From an uncultured archaeon (GTDB taxonomy: Archaea; Asgardarchaeota; Jordiarchaeia; Jordiarchaeales; Jordiarchaeaceae): DNA of 9,747 bases. This document shows, in pieces, positions 1-6,762 of this stretch. Made by a program: the position numbers and the translations under genes. Numbering within the stretch: the stretch's first letter is position 1; every line of letters begins with the position of its first letter. The notes under the pieces were generated by a model. The model saw only the letters and a list, made by a program, of their open reading frames with translations. It did no database searches and was not told where the DNA came from. Where the stretch lies: positions 1 through 9,747 of the forward strand of contig CAZECW010000041.1 in assembly GCA_964510585.1 (NCBI GenBank). Direction: 5' to 3'.

Positions 1-187
1 ACCCAGTAGTGCACGGCGCTCTTGCTGATTTTTTAAAAAGGGGGAGTACCTTGGCGGTTCTGCGGAAGCTGCTCATGAAGATATAGTTAACCACGCCCAG
101 AACCTTGAGCTCCACGGGAACCTTGCCCCGGCGAAAAACACCCAAACCCAAAACGAAACCCCGGAAATCAAAACCATTAAAACACAT
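1..187 (-). pseudogene. IS6-family transposase, 5' part (HTH region), frameshifted and truncated by the window edge
   Basis: Manual translation from ATG at 187 gives MCFNGFDFRGFVLGLGVFRRGKVPVELKVLGVVNYIFMSSFRRTAKVLPLFKK. After the A6 run (plus 29-34) the -1 frame reads ISKSAVHYWV. FRRxKxPxExK...S(Y/F)RR...(V/I)SxxAVxxW matches archaeal IS6 transposase N-termini as I recall them. Not in the supplied ORF track. Confidence 0.7.
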
Positions 188-209
188 GAGAAAAACTACC
201 CCCAACAAG

Positions 210-217
210 TTTATAAA
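210..217 (-). promoter_or_regulatory. TATA box (TTTATAAA) for the transposase, probably giving a leaderless transcript
   Basis: TTTATAAA ends 22 nt upstream of the ATG at 187, which is archaeal TATA-to-start spacing, and there is no SD motif in between. Confidence 0.5.
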
Positions 218-223
218 ATCACC

Positions 224-240
224 CTTATTTGGACAAGTCT
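224..240 (-). repeat. Candidate IS terminal inverted repeat AGACTTGTCCAAATAAG
   Basis: Sits just outside the transposase promoter. The TGT-N4-ATAAG layout resembles Thermococcales IS6 ends as I recall them. The partner repeat is not in the window, so this is unconfirmed. Confidence 0.35.
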
Positions 241-327
241 CATAAAATATACGGAAAAACAAATAAACATTTAGCTAAAAACCAAAAAGACATCCAGTCC
301 CTAACTCTAAAAAACAAAAAAACTCCT

Positions 328-353
328 AAAATAGGATCAACCAAACAAAAAGG
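328..353 (+). repeat. Direct repeat copy 1 (aaaataggatcaaccaaacaaaaagg)
   Basis: 24/26 identical to 1900-1925 by manual alignment. Confidence 0.7.
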
Positions 354-570
354 TGTAAAACCAGTTAAAAATAGAAAGGCAGGGAAGCAATTAGCAGCAG
401 ACATTACCCAAAAAGGTTATTCGAAGCCGTCACATGAGCTTAAATGTTTCCACGATCTTAAAAATTTTGGAGCAAGCCTCCCAGTTTGAATTCTAAAACC
501 CTCCTTAGGGAAACAAAGCCAGTCAAAAAGATTATTTGAATAAAAATTAAATGTTTATGTACAATATTTG

Positions 571-582
571 AAATTTTTAAAG
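571..582 (+). promoter_or_regulatory. Putative BRE/TATA promoter for the BKACE-family gene
   Basis: gaaa-TTTTTAAAG about 45 nt upstream of the GTG start. An alternative TTTATGTA lies at 554-561. The region is AT-rich, so specificity is low. Confidence 0.35.
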
Positions 583-614
583 GAGGTCTAAAAAACAACC
601 AAAAATATTTGAGA

Positions 615-620
615 GGAGGT
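615..620 (+). promoter_or_regulatory. Ribosome-binding site GGAGGT
   Basis: 6 nt upstream of GTG at 627. Confidence 0.7.
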
Positions 621-626
621 CGAGTT

Positions 627-1571
627 GTGAGTAAAGAAGAAATTCCATTGGTTATTGCTCAACCATACGCTTTGCCCATTATGGACCTAAAGTATCAAAC
701 TAAATGGGACATTCCGGAGGAGGTTGTAATCACCGCCGCGCCCACAGGAGTCATAATTGATAGGTCTGGAAACCCGAATCAACCCTACAGTACAGATGAG
801 ATATTAAAAGAGTCAATGGCAGCCGTTGAAGCGGGAGCAACAGCACTCCACATCCACACGCGGGATCCAGCAACTGGACTGTACACTACTGAGAGGAAAC
901 CCATCCACGACGTCATAGACCCGCTGAGGAAAAAGTATGGTAAAAAGATCGTCATCGGTGGAGAAGCACTCTTCGGAACAAACTTCGAAGAATTAATGTA
1001 TCCCATCAAGGCGAAGCTCTACGAAGTCTCACCGGTTAATACCTGCGGAATGTTTGTTGGAGATGCATTATTTGCGAATCCACCACCATTCATCCAAGCC
1101 GCCACAAAGTATTTCCAGGAACACGGGGTAAAGCCTCAAGTAGCGGTTTATAACCCCGGAGACATTGACAACGCGTACCGATGGCTCATCAAACCAAAAA
1201 TAATTGAATCGCCCTTTGAGTGGATAATAGTTCCAGCCATTCCAGGAGCCATGCCCATGACCAATCCTACGGCGATGACAGAAGCCCTCCTATTTTTCGA
1301 AAGAAGAATCAGAGAAGTGGATCCCACAGGTAATCCCTTCATAACAGTGTGCTCCTCGGGAAGAGCGTCAAGCTACATAACCGCCCTAGCCATAATGCTG
1401 GGACACAATGTAAGAGTGGGAATGGAAGACACAATATACAAGTATCCCCACAAAGAAGACATACTGAAAAACAACCTAGACAGCATAAAAATAACCACAA
1501 AAATAGCGGAAGCCCTAGGCAGAAGACCAGCAACCGGCGAAGAATATAGAAAGCGCCTAAACATAAAATAA
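627..1571 (+). CDS. DUF849 / beta-keto acid cleavage enzyme (BKACE, Kce-like) family protein, 314 aa, with an atypical substrate pocket
   Basis: ITAAPTG start of the TIM barrel, AGATALHIHTRD (HxHxR Zn ligands), GHNVRVGMEDT (R-x-G-x-E-D) and a C-terminal GRRPAT..E.R..L typical of the family. The start is placed at GTG 627 rather than TTG 609 because GGAGGT lies at 615-620. Confidence 0.9.
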   Translation: MSKEEIPLVIAQPYALPIMDLKYQTKWDIPEEVVITAAPTGVIIDRSGNPNQPYSTDEILKESMAAVEAGATALHIHTRDPATGLYTTERKPIHDVIDPLRKKYGKKIVIGGEALFGTNFEELMYPIKAKLYEVSPVNTCGMFVGDALFANPPPFIQAATKYFQEHGVKPQVAVYNPGDIDNAYRWLIKPKIIESPFEWIIVPAIPGAMPMTNPTAMTEALLFFERRIREVDPTGNPFITVCSSGRASSYITALAIMLGHNVRVGMEDTIYKYPHKEDILKNNLDSIKITTKIAEALGRRPATGEEYRKRLNIK

Positions 1572-1576
1572 CCCAA

Positions 1577-1590
1577 CTCTCTCATTTTCT
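1577..1590 (+). terminator. Possible archaeal pyrimidine-rich terminator
   Basis: ctctctcattttct just after the stop codon, in otherwise A/C-rich DNA. Confidence 0.25.
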
Positions 1591-1899
1591 GTATACAAGA
1601 CTCCTCAAAGGAGGGCATAGACACCGAGGAACAAAATCCAAAAAAGCAGGCCGAAAAAGAGCTTAAAAACTCCGAAAATAAATTTGTAAAAAGCCAGAAT
1701 TAAGAGTAAGAAACTTAAAGCACACGAAGCGCCCCGGCCATCAACCAGCTATACGAATTTCGCCCTCCAGCGGAAGAACAAAGTACTAAAAGTATAAATA
1801 TAAGAGAAATTGGCAATAAGAATAAACATGTATTTCAGAAAAACATTGTACCAGTTTTGAAAAATATAGGGTATATTCCGCCAAAAGATAAAACTCTAA

Positions 1900-1925
1900 A
1901 AAATAGGAATAACCAAACAAAAAGG
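1900..1925 (+). repeat. Direct repeat copy 2 (aaaataggaataaccaaacaaaaagg)
   Basis: 24/26 identical to 328-353. Confidence 0.7.
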
Positions 1926-1933
1926 GAAACAGT

Positions 1934-2340
1934 TTAAAACCCAATTTTCGCAGATCTAACTCTCATATCCGATGTACTGCTTATTTTTCTGGGATTTATA
2001 TGAAACTGCTGAAAGTTAAAAGCAAGGGTGAAAACCAGCTGGCGCTCACTGTACCAATAATGAAGAATCACAAACATTGCCGAAAAAGTTGACAGGAGCT
2101 GCGAAGCAAGCCCCACAAACCAACCCAAGGCAAGCCACCAAAGCACCATTGAAACCCCCATAACCAACCGCCCAACCAGCCCAACCCCCACATACAGCGT
2201 CAACACCTGAACTGAAAACCTAGCCATCAAGAAACACCTGGAACACCCCCAAAACCCCTAAACGATAACAGAAAAGCCCAAACCCCAGACACCCCCAGAC
2301 CCACAAGGTTAACTGGAAAGTCTATAGTGAACGGAAACAT
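1934..2340 (-). pseudogene. Possible decayed membrane protein fragment (weakly MFS-like)
   Basis: The 98-aa hydrophobic ORF 1934-2230 (…GRLVMGVS…HYWYSER…) is preceded by another hydrophobic frame from ATG 2340 (MFPFTIDFPVNLVGLGVSGVWAFLLSFRGFGGVPGVS*). The G/T bias of this strand could give such peptides by chance. Confidence 0.3.
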
Positions 2341-2429
2341 CATATGCTCGGGATGGATGTACTCACTTCACTCGGTAGACTCATAACTTAACGGCAGGCT
2401 TTGTATATCAGAGTGAAAAGGGATTTATT

Positions 2430-2805
2430 ATGAGTTAGTTTTGAGGAACAAATCGAAAAAGCAAAGAAGCCGGCATAGCGTATGAGCTTTATCGTTTACT
2501 ACGCGGCGCGTTAAATTACGCTGGTATGCCAACAGGTATTTTGACTTATACAGGTTCTAGGTGTGAGTTTAGGGAAGTCATTTCTGAATTCCCAGTTGAA
2601 GACGAAAAGGCGGATCTAACAGTTTTTGTATCTAAATTTGGTGGCGTTATTCAACCTTTTCTAATTATCTAAGAGGGTTTATAATAGACCAGATCCACCC
2701 GTTGCGAGTGCTGTGAAACAGGCTAGAAGCTACGCCTTAAAACTAGGTGTAACCATTACGCCTTTGCCATCTTTCAGACGCTCTTCAAAATTTTGCGGAA
2801 ATTGA
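2430..2805 (+). pseudogene. Decayed PD-(D/E)xK restriction-endonuclease domain (HsdR_N-like)
   Basis: Manual translation: ATG 2430, stops at 2436 and 2442, then ...EAGIAYELYRLLRG...REVISEFPVEDEKADLTVFVSKFGGVIQPFLII* (TAA 2670-2672). A +1 frame from 2671 reads KRVYNRPDPPVASAVKQARSYALKLGVT.... This shows the E..ADL..II[ExK]..QxxxY motif order of HsdR_N-type nucleases. Confidence 0.65.
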
Positions 2806-2880
2806 ACGCTTTGGTTGATGATTTAAGGATGTTGAGTGTGAGGCTACATATTTTGGGTAACAGGTTATCTTCATGACGCG

Positions 2881-2897
2881 TATGGGGGCTTCCCATA
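2881..2897. other. Small inverted repeat (tatggg-N5-cccata) between convergent genes
   Basis: 6-bp perfect stem about 40 nt past the operon's last stop codon. Its role is unknown. Confidence 0.25.
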
Positions 2898-2939
2898 AGT
2901 GTTTGGAGCGTCCAGATTGGAGGGGTTCGTGTACTTGTA

Positions 2940-3335
2940 CTATATGTTAGGTGGGGAGTGGAAGAAACCCACGGTTTTTAGTTTTATTCTATTTCCAAAG
3001 ATAGGTGCTAGGCTGGCCTCTTTGGCTTTGTATCTTATTTTCGGTTCTCTATTGAGAATGAGTTCTCCATTTATTGGAAATTGTATGATGTGGTTTCGCA
3101 ATTTGCTTGTTGAATCGATGAGAATTTTGCGTATGTATTTGGCGGTTTCTTCTCCTGCCAGAAGTGCTTCCTCGAGTCCTGTTACTGCAATTCTTTGATT
3201 TATGGTTTGTCGCCTGTGCAGTCTCCTGAGAAATTCTAGGATGCTTATTTTGTCCTTTATTTCTTCGAATTCTTTGCCTATCATTTTTCTCTCTACGAGG
3301 TTGTATCCCACTTCCATCAGTTGTAGGTTTTTCAT
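2940..3335 (-). CDS. Hypothetical protein, 131 aa, probably BrxB (DUF1788)-like inactive P-loop-fold protein
   Basis: ATGA overlap with the MTase stop and GGTGA RBS at 3342-3346. The motif series IAVTGLEE / IQFPINGEL / SLAPIFGNRI / FFHSPPNI parallels BrxB vfLTGxGE / vmFFPGEY / LxLFGxL / YYRAFNI as recalled. The CDS is well supported; the family call is tentative. Confidence 0.7.
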   Translation of the reverse strand: MKNLQLMEVGYNLVERKMIGKEFEEIKDKISILEFLRRLHRRQTINQRIAVTGLEEALLAGEETAKYIRKILIDSTSKLRNHIIQFPINGELILNREPKIRYKAKEASLAPIFGNRIKLKTVGFFHSPPNI

Positions 3336-5905
3336 CGATTTTCACCGATAAATTCTTCAAGTGTTGTAGGCTTTACCTTTTTGGGTATTGTGGTCGCCAC
3401 TCCTGCGATTTTTGCATAAACCTCGTCCCCCGTCTTTTTATACATTAATTCCGAAACTTTTTTGACTTCCTCCCCTCCATACTCTGACAGGTATTTCAAT
3501 ATTGGTTTACCCTCAGAATAGACTGTGTACATGAGGTGAACCTTGTCTATTGCTGAGAGATCTTCTCCTTTTCTGATTTTTTCTTCTATAAATAGTTTCC
3601 TCTCTTGGGGTTTCAAAATTTTTACGTTGTTTCCTACTTTTTCTATTAGCTTTTCTTTTATGAATGCGCCTATTTCTATTCCTCCTTTGCTTAGCCTCTT
3701 ATGGAGCGCATCGTAACTTATGCTGTCAAATCCCGTAAGGTAACTGCAATAAATTCTTGTTATTTCATTAATAACTCCCGATAGTGCCTCGGTATCCCTA
3801 ATCTTAAGAAGTGAGTCAATTATGTCGTCTATGTTGCTTACAGCTTCTTCAACTTTTACCTGTTTGCCATCTTTGAATATATTCGGGTAATGTTTCGAAT
3901 AAAGCTCAAGACATTTACCCATAGCAACCACAAACATATCTTCATCCCTCAAATCTCTGTCAGAGAGCCATAACCTCTCAAGAACTTCTCTTGCTCTATC
4001 ATGAATTCTGTCCTTGAGTGTTTCCCAACTTATCCTCTCAGGCTCTTCAAATGTTTTTTGACACACTATAATTATGTCGTACCGGATGCCCCCTCCATGT
4101 ACACCAACCCTCGCCTCAGACCTAACAGGGTATATCGCTGAAATTACGAAACGCGGCCATCCCTCTTCGTAGGCTTCAAGTATTGCCCTGAGGGTAGATG
4201 CCCATGCCTTGTTCCTTTCATGATGAAAAGTGAAAACCATTAATCCATCATCTTTAAGCACTCTATTGCACTCTTTAAAAACATTGGTTAAACCTCTCAA
4301 GAAGAAATCGTCACCTTTATTCTGAACAGGATTTTTTATGATCTCTCTGGAACGCGGCGAATAATCCCCTTGATAACAATTGTACCTATCCTGAAGAGCT
4401 AATCTTTGCCAAACGTAAAAGAAGTCCGCTATTTCTGAATACATTACATTATCGTAGTATGGGGGATCCGTTATGACTGCATCGATGGATTTGTCAAGTA
4501 TAAATGAGAGATCCTCGGATGTTTGGGCTTTTAACAACGCGTTGGCCTTCCCACTCAAAATTTCATCGAAACTCTCCCCCAAACATCCTCTCAAATTATG
4601 TCCAACGATGACTTTCTCTGAATTCCCGTTTCTAGATATGGTCTCATAAGGGTGAAGTGTGTAGTTTTTGGCTCGTAGAACTTTATCAACATAGCTTATG
4701 AAAGTCCCCCTTCCATACTTCGTTCCCCAAACATTGTTTTCTACAGGAGTATTTGGAGGCCAGTAAGCGTGATGCCCAAATAATGGTTCTAGCTTCCTGG
4801 CTCCTTGATTGTACTTACAAAACATGTTATTGGCGTTTATTGAATCTGAAAATGTTAGAATCATGAACTCTCTGATGTTTTCGTCCTCTATTTTCTGAAT
4901 CTCCGTCAGGAGCATAGAAAGGCAAAGAAGTTGGCGTTCATTAAACATTTGATGGAAGTATTCGTACTGAAAATTTTTTGCCTGTCTTGTATTATAACCG
5001 TCCGGAAGCTTTTGTTTTGGTATCAGGAGCTTGCCTTTTCTCTGCTCGAAATCTTCTTTGGACACTAAAAACTGTTTCTGGTCGTACTCATCGGCTTTTT
5101 TGTATCCTCTCTCTCTGCAATATGGGCAATAATACTCTACAGCGTAAATTTCTGCCTTTGGAATTTTTCCTTCCCGCCTCACAGATCTCAAAACCTCTCC
5201 CTTATCTCCGCATGCACAGAGATAGTACTTTCCCTCGATGTATCCCTCGAACGGAATAAACGTCTTCTCACAATTTGGGCACGGAATTTCCTTATTTAGC
5301 TCCCAAGTTTCAATTATCTCTTTACACGCAGGGCAGAAAACTACGTGAAGCTTATCCCCTAGAGAGGCTATTCTAAATGAGCTGAAAAGCGTAACATCAT
5401 TTCCACACCTAAGGCATTTAATTTTTTTCACCCAGAATGTATACATTGTGTCGGCTTCTCGGCCACATTTTGGGCATATGGTTCTATAGTATTTTTTGAT
5501 TTTGTCCGCAATTTTATCTTGAAGTTTATTAAATTCCTCCCTGAATTTGTCCAAATTCAAAGATTCAATTTCCTTCTTAGTTATGAACCAAGCCACAGGG
5601 TGAATATCTATCCCAATAACTCGGCAACCAAGCTTCAGCGCCTCAACAATGGTGGTTCCACCACCCATAAAAGGATCGAGGACTATCTTCTCACCAAATT
5701 CTGTTTTTTGGTAAAATTTTCTTAAAAGCTCATTTTCGGAAATATCCGATGGCAAGAATGTGGTCAAAATTATCATTCTGAATATGCTGCCAAGTCTTCT
5801 AGCCCACCACTTGTGAATTTGATAAATAGGCTTCTTAGCATTTGCTTCCCTCAGAGCAATTTCATTGAGCCTTTCAATTGGAAAATCTTTTATTATGTAA
5901 CTCAT
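3332..5905 (-). CDS. DUF1156 / COG1743 Zn-ribbon-containing DNA amino-methyltransferase (probably m6A), 857 aa
   Basis: DUF1156 N-terminus FPIERLN...IHKWWARR, SAM-binding motif I VLDPFMGGGTT, catalytic motif IV ITDPPYYDN, and Cys clusters CPKC, CLRC, CPAC, CPNC, CAC, CPYC between the two motifs. Confidence 0.92.
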   Translation of the reverse strand: MSYIIKDFPIERLNEIALREANAKKPIYQIHKWWARRLGSIFRMIILTTFLPSDISENELLRKFYQKTEFGEKIVLDPFMGGGTTIVEALKLGCRVIGIDIHPVAWFITKKEIESLNLDKFREEFNKLQDKIADKIKKYYRTICPKCGREADTMYTFWVKKIKCLRCGNDVTLFSSFRIASLGDKLHVVFCPACKEIIETWELNKEIPCPNCEKTFIPFEGYIEGKYYLCACGDKGEVLRSVRREGKIPKAEIYAVEYYCPYCRERGYKKADEYDQKQFLVSKEDFEQRKGKLLIPKQKLPDGYNTRQAKNFQYEYFHQMFNERQLLCLSMLLTEIQKIEDENIREFMILTFSDSINANNMFCKYNQGARKLEPLFGHHAYWPPNTPVENNVWGTKYGRGTFISYVDKVLRAKNYTLHPYETISRNGNSEKVIVGHNLRGCLGESFDEILSGKANALLKAQTSEDLSFILDKSIDAVITDPPYYDNVMYSEIADFFYVWQRLALQDRYNCYQGDYSPRSREIIKNPVQNKGDDFFLRGLTNVFKECNRVLKDDGLMVFTFHHERNKAWASTLRAILEAYEEGWPRFVISAIYPVRSEARVGVHGGGIRYDIIIVCQKTFEEPERISWETLKDRIHDRAREVLERLWLSDRDLRDEDMFVVAMGKCLELYSKHYPNIFKDGKQVKVEEAVSNIDDIIDSLLKIRDTEALSGVINEITRIYCSYLTGFDSISYDALHKRLSKGGIEIGAFIKEKLIEKVGNNVKILKPQERKLFIEEKIRKGEDLSAIDKVHLMYTVYSEGKPILKYLSEYGGEEVKKVSELMYKKTGDEVYAKIAGVATTIPKKVKPTTLEEFIGENR
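3342..3346 (-). promoter_or_regulatory. Ribosome-binding site GGTGA for the 131-aa gene
   Basis: 6 nt upstream of ATG 3335, inside the MTase 3' end. Confidence 0.6.
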
Positions 5906-6762
5906 AACTTCACCTCAATTCGAGGAACTATACATTCCATGAGAGACAATCCACCGTGAACTACAACTTTACCATAGCCTTCAATAGGCCAGAAGTACCT
6001 ACCTCTAACATAACAATAATTATCGTCGATAAGCACATAACTTGCATCTTTAGGAAGCTCCCTTAGTCTCTCTAAATCCTTTTGTCCAAATCGTGATATC
6101 TCGACGTATCGGCTAGACCCGAAGATTCGTTCTTTCAAGAACCTTCTGTCACCAGCACCCAAAGCCCAGACCGAATCGACCATTATATAGCCATGGTCGG
6201 AAGTGATAGTTACGGTAACACCTTCAACCATACTCAGAATTTCGAGCAATACTTGCTTTGTTTTGTTATATGCTTCTGGAGGCGGGATAATTCTTGCCGC
6301 ATGATGTAGAATTTCGTCTGGATAAGAAACCCAAACTGGCAGCCTGAAATCTATCCCTGAAGGGACTTTACCACTCTTAACCTCTGTGTATTTAACACCA
6401 AGGATGTTTCTGAACCTTTCCGTTGTGGATGGCAGGGCAGAGAAACCATAACTGTAGTCAACGATATTATAACATTTTTCTAAGTCTTTGAAGAGAAGAT
6501 TTCCTTCTCTAATGCTCATACCATCAATAATAACAATGGGGTTCTCGAGTTTGAAAGGGAATTTTGCCATTTGTTCATAGAGATAATCATATATCTCAAA
6601 AAAGGTGTTATTTAACTCCCACTCAAACTCGGAAATGGTATCTTCTTGGCGAAAATATGCACCACCACTGAAACTTGTATCCCACAAATCAACTAATATT
6701 TTCCAAGTTTCCTTTATTGGATCATCAGACTCAACAAGTCGCCTGATGTGTTCCTCACGCAA
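5902..6762 (-). CDS. pglZ: Stand-alone PglZ-domain protein (alkaline phosphatase superfamily phosphodiesterase), about 286 aa
   Basis: PglZ motifs in order: IVIIDGMS, SALPSTT (nucleophile loop), YPDEILH, ITSDHGY, VHGGLSLMECIVP. The start is placed at TTG 6762 (GAGGCTGA SD at 6768-6775, 8-nt overlap with the ATPase stop) rather than TTG 6825. Confidence 0.8.
   Translation of the reverse strand: MREEHIRRLVESDDPIKETWKILVDLWDTSFSGGAYFRQEDTISEFEWELNNTFFEIYDYLYEQMAKFPFKLENPIVIIDGMSIREGNLLFKDLEKCYNIVDYSYGFSALPSTTERFRNILGVKYTEVKSGKVPSGIDFRLPVWVSYPDEILHHAARIIPPPEAYNKTKQVLLEILSMVEGVTVTITSDHGYIMVDSVWALGAGDRRFLKERIFGSSRYVEISRFGQKDLERLRELPKDASYVLIDDNYCYVRGRYFWPIEGYGKVVVHGGLSLMECIVPRIEVKL
5910..5916 (-). 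promoter_or_regulatory. Ribosome-binding site GAGGTGA for the methyltransferase
   Basis: 4 nt upstream of ATG 5905, and complementary to the archaeal 16S 3' tail (…GAUCACCUC). Confidence 0.7.

Larger units (their letters stand above)
1..240 (-). mobile_element. Upstream end of an IS6-family (archaeal type) insertion sequence, continuing beyond the left edge of the window
   Basis: Minus-strand transposase N-terminus (1-187), a TATA box at 210-217 and a candidate terminal inverted repeat at 224-240, in the order expected at an IS end. Confidence 0.65.

Noticed and set aside
229-489. 86-aa Lys-rich plus-strand ORF
   Set aside because: TTG start inside the IS end with no RBS. The Lys/Asn content reflects the A-rich strand, and it overlaps the direct repeat.
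609-626. TTG start for the BKACE gene
   Set aside because: These codons contain the GGAGGT SD that fits GTG 627.
785-1624. Short ORFs 785-1009, 1148-1342, 1339-1533, 1349-1549 and 1373-1624
   Set aside because: All overlap the well-supported BKACE CDS in other frames and show no motifs.
1719-1937. 73-codon stop-free plus-strand frame
   Set aside because: No start codon near its 5' end, no motif, and A-rich composition explains it.
2899-3360. ORFs 2899-3198 (+) and 3049-3360 (-)
   Set aside because: Shadows of the 131-aa gene, which has the RBS and the ATGA coupling.
4978-5725. ORFs 4978-5259 and 5519-5725 (+)
   Set aside because: Antisense to the methyltransferase, with no independent evidence.
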